DNA of 64,000 nucleotides from NCBI GenBank assembly GCA_965115855.1, contig OZ220470.1:1743385-1807384 (forward strand), written 5' to 3'. Below, piece after piece: positions 43,226 to 52,562 of the stretch; the stretch's first letter is position 1, and every line of letters starts with the position of its first letter. The notes below the pieces were generated by a model. It saw only the letters and a list, made by a program, of their open reading frames with translations. It searched no databases and was not told the origin of the DNA. This DNA is from Vicinamibacteria bacterium (GTDB lineage: Bacteria > Acidobacteriota > Vicinamibacteria > Marinacidobacterales > Marinacidobacteraceae). The position numbers and the translations under genes were made by a program.

Positions 43226-43951
43226 ATGGAAGATCGATTCACTTCCCGGCTCTGGGCCGGGATCGTTCCGCTCTACGCGGAAATCCTCCGGCATCCCTTC
43301 CTGACGGGCCTCGCCGACGGCACGCTGGACCGGAACGTGTTCCGGTTCTATGTAATCGAGGATGCGCTCTACCTCCACGACTACGCCCGCGCCCTCGCCA
43401 TCCTGGGCGGGAAGGCTCCCCACCCGGACCTTACTGCCACACTCTGCGGCGATGCGGTGGCCACCGTGGAAGCCGAGCGGCAGCAGCTCGGACAATTCCT
43501 CGAGGAACTCGGCGGGGGCCGCGAAGACCTCTTCGGTCGCGTGCCCGCCCCCACCAATCTCGCCTACACCAGCTTCCTCCTCGCGCAGGTGCATGCGCAG
43601 CCGTTCCATGAAGGGCTCGCCGCCGTGCTGCCGTGTTACTGGATCTATGCCGAAGTGGGCAAGGAACTCCTCGCCCGGCCGCCGTCGCCCGACCCACTCT
43701 ACCGCCGCTGGATCGAGAGCTACGGAAGCGCGGAGTACGATGCGGTGGTACGGCGCGTCCTCGATCTGACCGACGACGTTGCGGCGCACCTCGAAGACGC
43801 CGTCAAGTCCCGGATGGCCCGGCACTTCGAACTGACGGCACGCTACGAATGGATGTTCTGGGACATGGCCTGCCGGCAAGAGGCCTGGCCCGTCGACTCC
43901 GATCGACGGGCAAACGCAGTTTGCGCCCACAAGGGCCCGGGAACCGGGTGA
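43226..43951 (+). CDS. tenA: TenA/thiaminase II family protein (aminopyrimidine aminohydrolase)
   Basis: 241 aa; ...HPFLTGLADGTLDRNVFRFYVIEDALYLHDYARAL... and ...YTSFLLAQ...LPCYWIYAEVGKEL... TenA_C signatures. Confidence 0.85.
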   Translation: MEDRFTSRLWAGIVPLYAEILRHPFLTGLADGTLDRNVFRFYVIEDALYLHDYARALAILGGKAPHPDLTATLCGDAVATVEAERQQLGQFLEELGGGREDLFGRVPAPTNLAYTSFLLAQVHAQPFHEGLAAVLPCYWIYAEVGKELLARPPSPDPLYRRWIESYGSAEYDAVVRRVLDLTDDVAAHLEDAVKSRMARHFELTARYEWMFWDMACRQEAWPVDSDRRANAVCAHKGPGTG

Positions 43952-44107
43952 TGCGGCAAATCGCCTGGTGACAGGCTGTTTGCCCGCCGATCCGGGCGGT
44001 TTCCCTCAACGGCGCTCAATGACCATGTCTTTCGTGGTGGGGGGCGATCACGCGGGGTACGAAACACCACGCAACGCACCAGGGTGGACCCCGCCCATTC
44101 CCGTCGG

Positions 44108-45586
44108 ATGACGGAGGTCGCCACTTGCTCGCTGGATCGGATTCCAGCCGTGGGGCGACTCCTGGAAACGGACACATTCCGCGCGCTCGTGGCGCGTTTC
44201 GGGCGCGAGCCGGTGAAAGCGGCACTGCGGGTGGAGATCGGCGTCATCCGGCGCGCCCTCCGGGCCGGAATTCCGGAGGCGGTTCCCGTCCTGTTCCGAC
44301 GGGCGCCGGAGGAACACCTCGCACTCGCAACCGGAGAACGGCTGCGGGACGCGCGCGGCGCCGGACTCCGGCGGGTCCTGAACGCGACCGGGGTGATCGT
44401 CCACACCAATCTGGGACGAGCTCCCCTCTCCCGGCGGGCGGCAGCGGCCATGTTCGAGGCGGCAACCTCGTACAGCGACCTGGAGTTCGACCTGGCAACC
44501 GGCGCGCGCGGAAGCCGGCAGGACCGGATCGCCAGCGTCTTCGAGGGCATGTTCCCCGGGCGAACCGCGATGGTGGTCGGCAATGCCGCGGGTGCGGTGC
44601 TGCTCGCGCTGGACACCCTGGCCAGGAAGCGGAAGGTGGTGGTGTCCCGCGGAGAGCTGGTCGAGATCGGAGGATCGTTCCGCATCCCGGAGATCATGGA
44701 GCGGAGCGGGGCCACGCTGGTCGAAGTCGGAACCACCAACCGGACGCGGATCAGGGACTACCAGACGGCGCTCGAGGCCGAACCCGACCCCCGCGCGACG
44801 GTCGGGGCCCTGCTCCGCGTGCACCCCTCCAACTTCCGTATCGTCGGGTTCACCGAATCCGCCACCACCCGCGAAGTGGTCCGGCTGGGAGCCCGGTTCC
44901 GGATTCCGGTGATCGAGGACTTCGGAAGCGGAAACACCTTCCCGCTCCGGGAGTTCGGCGCCACCAGCGGCGAGCGGGAGGAGCCGACTCTCGCCGCATG
45001 CGTGGCGGACGGGCCGGACCTGGTGATCTTCTCGGGGGACAAGTTGCTCGGCGGGCCCCAGGCGGGGATCCTCCTCGGAACCCCGAAGGCCGTCGCCCGC
45101 TGCCGGCAAAACCCCCTGGCGCGGGCGCTGCGGGCGGACAAGACGGCGATTGCCGGTCTCCTTGCCACCCTCTGGAGCCACGCTGCCGGACGCGCGCGGG
45201 ACGAAATCCCCGTGATCCGGGCCCTTGCCCGCCCGCTCGCGGAGGTGGAACGCGATGCGGAACGCCTCCGGGACCGGCTTCGTCCCCCGGCGGACTGGAA
45301 GGTGACGGTGATCCCGGAGGTCTCGCGGGTCGGGGGGGGCGCCGCCCCGGACGCCGCCCTCCCCACCCGCTGCCTCGCCCTCTCGCACGCGGGCGGCGGC
45401 GTCGAGACGATCCGCCGGGACCTGCTTGCCGGCGACCCGCCGGTGGCCGTGCGCGTCCGCGGCGAGCAGATCCTGATCGACCCCAGAACCCTGCTCGAGG
45501 ACGAGGCCGAGGAATTGGAAGCCGTCCTCCAGAGCCTGATGGAGAAGGAATCGGCACGGTTAGCATTCCCGGATCCCGAGTCATGA
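44108..45586 (+). CDS. selA: L-seryl-tRNA(Sec) selenium transferase (selenocysteine synthase)
   Basis: ...VLNATGVIVHTNLGRAPLS... and PLP-lysine motif ...VIFSGDKLLGGPQAGILLG...; start at MTEVATCS within ORF 44084..45586. Confidence 0.88.
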   Translation: MTEVATCSLDRIPAVGRLLETDTFRALVARFGREPVKAALRVEIGVIRRALRAGIPEAVPVLFRRAPEEHLALATGERLRDARGAGLRRVLNATGVIVHTNLGRAPLSRRAAAAMFEAATSYSDLEFDLATGARGSRQDRIASVFEGMFPGRTAMVVGNAAGAVLLALDTLARKRKVVVSRGELVEIGGSFRIPEIMERSGATLVEVGTTNRTRIRDYQTALEAEPDPRATVGALLRVHPSNFRIVGFTESATTREVVRLGARFRIPVIEDFGSGNTFPLREFGATSGEREEPTLAACVADGPDLVIFSGDKLLGGPQAGILLGTPKAVARCRQNPLARALRADKTAIAGLLATLWSHAAGRARDEIPVIRALARPLAEVERDAERLRDRLRPPADWKVTVIPEVSRVGGGAAPDAALPTRCLALSHAGGGVETIRRDLLAGDPPVAVRVRGEQILIDPRTLLEDEAEELEAVLQSLMEKESARLAFPDPES

Positions 45587-45810
45587 CGGAACAGCAGACT
45601 CCTCCGGCCGTTCGTATTGCCCTGAACGGAAAGCCCCGGGAGCTGCCCGCACCCACTTCGGTCCGGAGCGCTCTCGAGTCCTTGGGACTCGCCCGTCGGC
45701 CGGTGGCGGTGGAAGTGAACGGCAACCTGGTCCGGCGCCGGAACCACGCGGAAACGCCGATTCGGGACGGCGACCGCGTGGAGATCGTGACCTTCGTCGG
45801 CGGTGGCTGA
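45583..45810 (+). CDS. thiS: Sulfur-carrier protein ThiS
   Basis: 75 aa ending ...[10 protein letters not shown] (Gly-Gly terminus); ATGA overlap with selA stop. Confidence 0.85.
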   Translation: MTEQQTPPAVRIALNGKPRELPAPTSVRSALESLGLARRPVAVEVNGNLVRRRNHAETPIRDGDRVEIVTFVGGG

Positions 45811-46591
45811 CTCCCTTCCGCAGGACACCCCGCTGACCATCGCGGGGAGGGCGTTCCGTTCGCGGCTCATTCTCGGCACCGGCAAGTACGGCTTGAACGA
45901 GATCATGCGCCGGTGTCATGAAGCCTCCGGCTGCGACATGGTCACGGTCGCCGTACGCCGGGTGGACCTGGAAGCGAGCGGCACGCTGCTGGATTTCATC
46001 CCGCGCGACCAGCTGACCCTGCTCCCCAACACCGCCGACTGTTTCACGGCGAAGGAAGCCATCCGCACCGCACTGCTGGCCCGGGAGGCCGGGCTCTCCT
46101 CGTGGGTCAAGCTCGAAGTCATCGGTGACCGCAAGACCCTCTATCCGGACACCGACGAGTTGCTCAAGGCCACGCGCGAGCTGGTTGCGGAAGGGTTCGT
46201 GGTGCTCCCGTACACGAACGACGACGTGGTGGCGGCACGGAAGTTGGAGGACGCCGGCGCGGCGGCGGTGATGCCGCTTGGCGCTCCCATCGGCTCCGGT
46301 CTCGGCATCCGGAACCGCAACGCCATCGCCCTGGTGCGGGAAGCCGTCTCGGTCCCGATGATCGTGGACGCCGGAGTGGGCACCGCGTCCGACGTGGCCA
46401 TCGCCATGGAACTCGGCGCCGACGGCGTCCTGCTCAACACCGCGGTCGCCGCCGCCCGCGATCCGGTGGCGATGGCCCTTGCGGTGCGCCACGCAGCGGA
46501 AGCCGGACGGCTCGCCTTCCTGGCCGGACGCATGCCGCGCCGCCGCTACGCCACCGCTTCCTCTCCGCCCGCCGATTCCCCGCTGGTGTGA
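45803..46591 (+). CDS. thiG: Thiazole synthase ThiG
   Basis: GTG start overlapping thiS 3' end; ...LILGTGKY...[35 protein letters not shown]... Confidence 0.93.
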   Translation: MADSLPQDTPLTIAGRAFRSRLILGTGKYGLNEIMRRCHEASGCDMVTVAVRRVDLEASGTLLDFIPRDQLTLLPNTADCFTAKEAIRTALLAREAGLSSWVKLEVIGDRKTLYPDTDELLKATRELVAEGFVVLPYTNDDVVAARKLEDAGAAAVMPLGAPIGSGLGIRNRNAIALVREAVSVPMIVDAGVGTASDVAIAMELGADGVLLNTAVAAARDPVAMALAVRHAAEAGRLAFLAGRMPRRRYATASSPPADSPLV

Positions 46592-47283
46592 GCGCGGCGC
46601 CTCCCGCGGCCCGAGCCGAGGCGGCGGAAGCGGCGGAGAAACGGCGGGCCCGGCGGATTTCCCGGACCCTGGCCAGGGAGTATCCGGACGCCGACTGCGC
46701 CCTCCGTCACGAATCGGCGCTTCAGCTGCTGGTCGCCACCATCCTCTCCGCCCAGTGCACGGACAAGCGGGTAAACCTGGTCACCCCCGCGCTTTTCGCC
46801 CGCTATCCCGACGCCGGCGCCTTCGCCGAGGCGCGCGCCGAAGAGCTTGAGAAGCTGATCCACTCGACGGGTTTTTTCCGGAACAAGGCGCGGTCCATCG
46901 TCGGTGCCTGCCAACGCATCCGCGACCACTTCGGCGGGAAGGTCCCGGGCCGGATGGAGGACCTGCTGTCGCTCCCCGGCGTGGCGCGGAAGACTGCCAA
47001 TGTGGTTCTCGGAGTCTGGTTCGGCAAGGCCGAGGGCGTGGTGGTGGATACCCACGTCTTCCGCATCGCCCACCGACTGGGACTGGCGCCGAAGAAGAAC
47101 CCGGCCCGAACCGAGGCGCGGCTGATGGCGCTGCTCCCCCGCACCCACTGGGTGGCGTTCAGCCACCGGATCATCCTTCATGGCCGGAGCGTCTGCCCCG
47201 CCCGGAAGCCCCGTTGCGGCGCGTGCGCGTTGCGACGGGATTGCCCGCGCCAGGGAGTCGAGGAACCGGATCCGGCGGCATGA
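46588..47283 (+). CDS. nth: Endonuclease III (DNA glycosylase/AP lyase)
   Basis: GTGA overlap with thiG stop; HhH-GPD ...[13 protein letters not shown]..., FeS cluster [17 protein letters not shown]. Confidence 0.93.
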   Translation: MSAAPPAARAEAAEAAEKRRARRISRTLAREYPDADCALRHESALQLLVATILSAQCTDKRVNLVTPALFARYPDAGAFAEARAEELEKLIHSTGFFRNKARSIVGACQRIRDHFGGKVPGRMEDLLSLPGVARKTANVVLGVWFGKAEGVVVDTHVFRIAHRLGLAPKKNPARTEARLMALLPRTHWVAFSHRIILHGRSVCPARKPRCGACALRRDCPRQGVEEPDPAA

Positions 47284-48323
47284 TGCGTCTCGGGCTGTAC
47301 CTGGGCTACCTGCGGAAGGGCGGAGCGAACCCGGTACGCTCGGCAGTGGCGGCGGAAAAGGCCGGCTTCGACTCGGTGTGGGTCGCCGAGGCGTGGGGCG
47401 CCGACGCGGTCTCGGTCCTCGGTTTCCTCGGTGCTGCCACCGAACGGATCGGCCTCGGGACATCCATCCTTCCCATCGGCTCCCGCACCCCGGCCCTTCT
47501 CGCTCAGACGGCGGCGACCCTCGACCACCTGAGCGGCGGGAGGTTCCTCCTCGGACTCGGCGTTTCCGGCCCGCAGGTCATGGAGGGATGGCACGGCGTA
47601 CCCTTCCGGCATCCCGGAATCCGACTGCTGGAAACCGTCGAGATCGTCCGTCGCGCGCTCCGGCGGGAGACTCCGCTCACCTATTCGGGCCGGCATCACC
47701 AGCTCCCGCTGCCAGGCGGAACCGGACTCGGCAAGGCGCTGAAGCCGGGATTCCCGGCTCCGGTGCGCGAGATTCCCATCCACCTCGCGACCATCGGACC
47801 GCGGAACACCGAGATCGCCGCCCGGATCGGCGACGGATGGCTGCCCTTCTTTTTCTCCCCGGAGCGGTGCGCAGCGGTCTTCGGTCCGGCGCTCGAAGCC
47901 GGGCGCGCCGCCCGCGAGCGCCCGGAACCCCTCGATGTGGCGCCGCTGGTTTCCGCTGCGGTCGGGAACGACATTCCGGCGCTCCGGGATCGCATGCGGC
48001 CGAACATCGCCTTTTACGTCGGCGGCATGGGCGCGCGCCAAAAGAACTTCTATCGGGACCTGGTCGATGGTTATGGCTTTCCCGAGGAAGCCGGCCGTAT
48101 CCAGGACCTGTTCCTTTCCGGCCGACGACGGGAGGCCGAGTCGGCCGTACCGGACCAACTGGTGGATGAGGTCTCGCTGGTGGGGCCGCCGGGGCGCCTC
48201 GCCGAACGGGTGGCGGCGTACCGGGAGGCGGGCGTCACTACCCTGATCGTTTCGCTCCCACCGGCCGACGACGGGGCGCCCGATCCGAAGGACCTCGAGA
48301 CCCTGCGGCGAATCTGCTCCTGA
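47280..48323 (+). CDS. Luciferase-like monooxygenase (LLM) family flavin/F420-dependent oxidoreductase
   Basis: ATGA overlap with nth stop; [10 protein letters not shown]...GFDSVWVAEAWGADAVSVLGFLGAATERIGLGTSILPIGSRTPALLAQ... TIM-barrel LLM pattern. Confidence 0.8.
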   Translation: MMRLGLYLGYLRKGGANPVRSAVAAEKAGFDSVWVAEAWGADAVSVLGFLGAATERIGLGTSILPIGSRTPALLAQTAATLDHLSGGRFLLGLGVSGPQVMEGWHGVPFRHPGIRLLETVEIVRRALRRETPLTYSGRHHQLPLPGGTGLGKALKPGFPAPVREIPIHLATIGPRNTEIAARIGDGWLPFFFSPERCAAVFGPALEAGRAARERPEPLDVAPLVSAAVGNDIPALRDRMRPNIAFYVGGMGARQKNFYRDLVDGYGFPEEAGRIQDLFLSGRRREAESAVPDQLVDEVSLVGPPGRLAERVAAYREAGVTTLIVSLPPADDGAPDPKDLETLRRICS

Positions 48324-49528
48324 CCAGCGCACCCGCCGTCGGTGGAGGACGCCGGGCACTGCCGCCAGTGCCCACGCTGGCAGGGGCCTCGGCGCCGCCG
48401 CCGAACAACGCGGCGCCACCGTCATACCGCAGCGAGTCGGGCCGTTCTGTTGTTCGAACGCTCCGGAACGTCGTTGGCGGCGAGTTTGGCATGGATCGGA
48501 GTACGCGACCGAAACAGCAAATTGCGGGCAAGTGATGGAGGCCGCGCGCCCCCGGACCGGGGAACTGACACGACAGTTCCGGGATTCCGAGTACTGCACC
48601 CGCGAGAACCGGTCAACGATGCGGGTGATCGGCAAGGCCGAGTACCTTCCCCGGGTTACGGGAACCCCCGGTTCCGGGTTTACCAACCTGAAGCGCAACT
48701 CGACACCCGGTGTCCTTGCGAGGATCGGTACCACGCCCGCTGCGGACATGGGGACTCGGATCACCGACGTCTTCCGACACGTCTTGCGCAATCTCGAACG
48801 CATTCGCCTTGGGCGAGACCCGGGTGGCGACGGCGCCATCCCGCCCCGAAGCATCATCTCTCCCGACACCGAGGAGGCACGTCTGCGCCCCGGTTCTGAT
48901 CAACACGCGAAACACTACGAAACACGTTTCCTGACCATCCGGCTCCTCTCAATCCACATTTTCCACCATCCCAAGGTACTTCAACCGGAAAACGGAACTC
49001 CGAAACCTGCAATGGGGCACTCTCCACCAGGTTAATGGAGGCGGGTCTGATACTTGGCGTATCAAAGCCGGACAGAAACAGGTTCGCAACGCCGCGGGAT
49101 GTCCAAAGCGATCCGCTCGTCATCCGCATCCGTCTCTCGCAAGGCCAGGTTGCGATAGTTCCCTGCCTCCCGACCCTCCGGATAAATCACCGGTTCGGAC
49201 TACCGTATTCCATCGGCCAAGACCTTCTTCAGACTCTCCGCCAGAAACTCGAGACCTGTCGCCGGACACTCTCCGCCGCTCATCCAGCAATTCGCGCGAG
49301 GCGCGGTCGGCACACTTCATGGCCATTCGTCAACTCCTTGCAAAACGCACCGCACGTCCCCACCCCATCCCGAGCTTCAAACAGTTCCCACCGTAAGACC
49401 CGCAATCTCACGCATCCCCCCCAACATCACCCCGGCTCGCCCACCCACCCACCCTTAAAACAACCACACCCGTCGTGTAGTTGCTGCCGCGAGGCGGCGC
49501 CGTGCCAATCCCTGATCGAAACTCCTAC

Positions 49529-49535
49529 AGGAGGT
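49529..49535 (+). promoter_or_regulatory. Strong Shine-Dalgarno (AGGAGGT) 7 nt upstream of lipoprotein A start codon
   Basis: ctacAGGAGGTaggtgatATGaaa. Confidence 0.6.
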
Positions 49536-49542
49536 AGGTGAT

Positions 49543-51846
49543 ATGAAACTGAATCCCCCCAATGGGCGGCACGCCATCAGTCGCTGGCGCCCGGTCTCGG
49601 TGGGCCTCGCGTTGGTCTTGGGAATCGGTCTGCTCGCAGCTTGTGGCGACGACGATCCTGCCCCCGCTCCGGCCCCCGCTCCGGCCCCCGCGCCAGCTCC
49701 CGCTCCAACTCCAGAGCCAGAACCGGAACCCAAACCCGAACCCAAACCCGAACCCAAACCCGAACCCAAACCAGAGCCGGAACCAGAACCCGATCCCTTC
49801 GTCCTCTCAATGGCTCCCCCCAAAGCCGACGCGGACAAAGACTGCATGGGGTACGCTTTCTGCCCAGATGAAGAAACTGACGCCAAAAAAGCCATGGCCT
49901 CTCCAAACTCCATGATGACCGTCTCCTCCTCTCACGACGCCGTCATCACCCCCCTCTGGATGGATTCAGAACCCAACGGTATCGGTGTCTCCGCAGCCGA
50001 CGACAACATGCCCTTCAAAAATGTCGACTGGAACGCCATGCAATCCACCGTCGCAAACATGGGCGTCTCTTTCAAAGCCGTCAGAGTCTCCATCGGCGCT
50101 AACCAAGAAAAAATCCCAACCTCCGAAATCCTCTACATCACCTGCGGCCCATTCGCCTGCTCCGACGCCGCAGCCGAAAAACCCCAAGCTCCCGAAATCT
50201 CCGCCGAATCCACCAACATCTGCGCCAACTGGGACCCCGATCTTACTCTACAAGTCGGTATGATCGATAATGATACGAGAAGTACGTCGGGAGCTTGGTA
50301 TACCAACAAGATTATCCCAGCGTATGATTCGCTCGGCGGTACTAGAAGTGATGCCACGCATTACGATTTTTTGGATATAGTGTCAACAACAAGAACAACA
50401 AATGCAAGTATCTGGTACGCTGATGACGGAATCGATATCGGATGGTCGTCGACTTCCGATGTGGACATGAAAGTCAAACATGTCTTCGGAAACTACAGCG
50501 TCATGGGACCAGATGCGAATAAAGGTACGAACAAACCTCTCAATGTCGATCTTAAAGCGGAGAATGTTTCCTACGCCCCCGCCGTTCAAACAACCAAATT
50601 GACTGTTGATGCTGCTGATAGAACCGCAACTACTTCAGATAAAGTTGACAAACTGTCCGAGGCCTGTGTCGATGCAACCAAATACTCAGGCGTTAGCGGT
50701 TCAGCCCAAAGACCAAACAATTGTTTCCGCCTTCGAGTTTCCGGCACGGAAACTGCCGGGTTTGTAGGAACCCCGAGATTGACGAACCACCTCTCCAGTT
50801 ATAGTGTGGAAGTCTCTCCCAAGGACCCCATGCTCTGGGGCAAGGTCGCATGGAAGGATGGTCCGCTCAAGGATCTCAAATGCGAAACCATGCGTTTCGC
50901 CGCTGCCGACCAAATTGATGTCTGCGAACTCTTCGAAGAGGAGGTCGATCACGCTCTGTCAGGCGGTTGGGACGACGTCGAGGTGAAGGGTAGTAAGCGT
51001 AAGCTCGTCAATCCACGTGATGGTATGGGAGTAGAGCATCCCTATGCCGGTCTCGTGCGAGTTTTTCTCAAAAACGCATCAAGCGTAAAACCTCGGCACT
51101 TCCGGAGACTCTGGTTCGACGACAACATGGATGGAAGCATCGTGGATAAAGCAGAGACATTTGGATACCAATATGTGTTGAATTTCGACGAAGAAGCAAC
51201 CGAACGAAGTGGCAATAACCCCGCACACGGCAAAGAGGGGAGTGGCTGGGATATAAAGCCAATATCATTTGGTCAGACATCGGCTCTCGAACCGGTTAGA
51301 CTTTCTCGGAGAGCGAGCGATCTGTACAATTATAATGATTACACTGAAACCCCAGGCTCCGTGTCAAATGACGGAGACTACATTAAGGCCTTTAATGTCA
51401 ATGCCATCTGGACACCAGTAGTCGACCAAAATCTTCTTCCCCTTCCTAAATACGGCGACTTTGGGAAGGTTGATGTTGCAAAGACTACAGTAAACGACGC
51501 CTCCACAACCAGGTCAGTTGAAGCTGCTGTAGATGGAGACGGCATAGCCGATAACTACTACGGCATTCCCGCCAGATGCTCGGATGAAGACGGCGGCAAG
51601 GGGTGCGATGCGAAGTGGGAAGAGGACTTCGAGATTCTCTTTTCGGATCTCATCTTCGGCTGCGAAACAACGCACGCCGTGACCATCAGTTGTGAATGGG
51701 ATGCCCAAGGTACATTCGGGAGGCCCCCGGAGAAGCATGCAATAAAGGACGGTACAACGGGTGGTGACGACAGCGTAGCAGATTACGAATACGCGAGACT
51801 TCTTATCAAAGAGATAGATCATTTCGCCAAGTGCACCGTGGAATAG
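49543..51846 (+). CDS. Variable surface lipoprotein A: signal peptide + lipobox (LLAAC), Pro-rich PAPAP/KPEP linker, Cys-containing domain of unknown family (expression copy)
   Basis: 767 aa; MKLNPPNGRHAISRWRPVSVGLALVLGIGLLAACGDDD...; low-GC (~45%) body vs ~70% host; ends ...HFAKCTVE; intact RBS. Confidence 0.75.
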   Translation: MKLNPPNGRHAISRWRPVSVGLALVLGIGLLAACGDDDPAPAPAPAPAPAPAPAPTPEPEPEPKPEPKPEPKPEPKPEPEPEPDPFVLSMAPPKADADKDCMGYAFCPDEETDAKKAMASPNSMMTVSSSHDAVITPLWMDSEPNGIGVSAADDNMPFKNVDWNAMQSTVANMGVSFKAVRVSIGANQEKIPTSEILYITCGPFACSDAAAEKPQAPEISAESTNICANWDPDLTLQVGMIDNDTRSTSGAWYTNKIIPAYDSLGGTRSDATHYDFLDIVSTTRTTNASIWYADDGIDIGWSSTSDVDMKVKHVFGNYSVMGPDANKGTNKPLNVDLKAENVSYAPAVQTTKLTVDAADRTATTSDKVDKLSEACVDATKYSGVSGSAQRPNNCFRLRVSGTETAGFVGTPRLTNHLSSYSVEVSPKDPMLWGKVAWKDGPLKDLKCETMRFAAADQIDVCELFEEEVDHALSGGWDDVEVKGSKRKLVNPRDGMGVEHPYAGLVRVFLKNASSVKPRHFRRLWFDDNMDGSIVDKAETFGYQYVLNFDEEATERSGNNPAHGKEGSGWDIKPISFGQTSALEPVRLSRRASDLYNYNDYTETPGSVSNDGDYIKAFNVNAIWTPVVDQNLLPLPKYGDFGKVDVAKTTVNDASTTRSVEAAVDGDGIADNYYGIPARCSDEDGGKGCDAKWEEDFEILFSDLIFGCETTHAVTISCEWDAQGTFGRPPEKHAIKDGTTGGDDSVADYEYARLLIKEIDHFAKCTVE
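49726..49773 (+). repeat. 12-nt tandem repeat (gaacccaaaccc; KPEP) x4 in linker of lipoprotein A; 2-3 copies in mirrored position of copy B
   Basis: Direct reading of sequence; in-frame copy-number difference between paralogs. Confidence 0.8.
49743..50274 (+). repeat. Left arm of perfect 532-bp inverted repeat (identical to 54150..54681 rev-comp) inside 5' part of lipoprotein A
   Basis: Identical six-frame ORF translations on opposite strands (49966..50187 vs 54237..54458; 49985..50263 vs 54161..54439; coordinate sums constant 104424) plus manual rev-comp comparison to boundaries. Confidence 0.9.
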
Positions 51847-51885
51847 GACCTACTTCCTGTTGATCTGATCGCTGTCGATCAGTCC

Positions 51886-51924
51886 AGAACCCCGGGGCTA
51901 TTCGGCCCCGGGGTTCTTCATTTG
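51886..51924 (+). terminator. Rho-independent terminator downstream of lipoprotein A (13-bp GC stem agaaccccggggc/gccccggggttct, then ttcattt)
   Basis: Perfect hairpin immediately after stop codon 51846. Confidence 0.7.
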
Positions 51925-52176
51925 CACATAAACCGGCGCGTGACAGCGACGCAAACCGACACGCTTCACAAGTTTGTTCAATTTGGGTGTTCGAAACCCG
52001 CTTCGCGGGCGTATCCCGGATCGGGTTCCCGTGGTTCGACGGACCTGACCTCTTCCCGTTGACGAACTGAGGTGATCTCGGGTCCTTGGACAGTTTGAGG
52101 GCTTGGTCAGGGTGCAAAAGGTCATCCCTTCGTGATCGTCGAATTCGCCCGAACGGGTGAACCCTGGCTTGTTTTC

Positions 52177-52440
52177 TCCGCCGGATCCAGGATCACCGGG
52201 AAAGTCGAATCTCGCGATTGGCTCACGACCTTACGACAAGAGTCCCTCGCCATAGGCTTCGGCGGGCGTCCGCCCTCCGAGGGCCGAGTGCGGGCGCTGG
52301 GTGTTGTAGAACCGCATCCACTCCCCGATCACTCGTTCGGCCGCGAACCCGTCGGCGAGCTCGTGGAGGTACACCGCCTCGTACTTCAGGGACCGCCACA
52401 GCCGTTCGATGAAGATGTTGTCGAGGAGCCGCCCGCGACC
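52177..52440 (-). mobile_element. IS3-family transposase remnant (C-terminal rve/integrase fragment + probable terminal inverted repeat TGAACCCTGGC...), 5'-truncated
   Basis: ORF 52231..52488(-) contains ...LLDNIFIERLWRSLKYEAVYLHELADGFAAERVIGEWMRFYNTQRPHSALGGRTPAEAY (IS3 OrfB C-terminus); only ~65 aa present. Confidence 0.7.
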
Positions 52441-52486
52441 GTCCATTGAGAGCCGGGTACCCGCCGCCGCGTTAGGTTCATGTGCC

Positions 52487-52523
52487 AATGAAGAACCCCG
52501 AGGCCATCCGGCCCCGGGGTTCT
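52487..52523 (-). terminator. Rho-independent terminator downstream of lipoprotein B (mirror of the 51886..51924 hairpin, one mismatch)
   Basis: gaaccccgaggcc-atcc-ggccccggggttc on + strand; followed on minus strand by ttcattgg. Confidence 0.6.
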
Positions 52524-52562
52524 GGACTGATCGACAGTGATCAGGTCAACAGGAGATTGGTT

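Noticed and set aside
35598-43930. Long ORFs antisense to prs (35598..37001), ispE/lolB (37091..38910), the TPR gene (38751..40742), purH (40761..42716) and tenA (42605..43930)
   Set aside because: All lie opposite genes with clear family signatures. The translations are low-complexity.
43952-44107. tRNA-Sec (selC) expected near selA
   Set aside because: No cloverleaf with a UCA anticodon loop or long acceptor/variable arms was found in the tenA-selA spacer on either strand.
43843-48869. Minus-strand ORFs (43843..44739, 44048..45388, 44758..45906, 46546..47463, 47178..48869) opposite selA-thiS-thiG-nth-LLM
   Set aside because: Antisense artefacts. The plus-strand genes have diagnostic motifs and translational-coupling overlaps.
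48532-49035. 167-aa plus ORF in the leader of the variable-lipoprotein locus
   Set aside because: No start context or RBS, no recognisable motifs, and odd composition. More likely non-coding.
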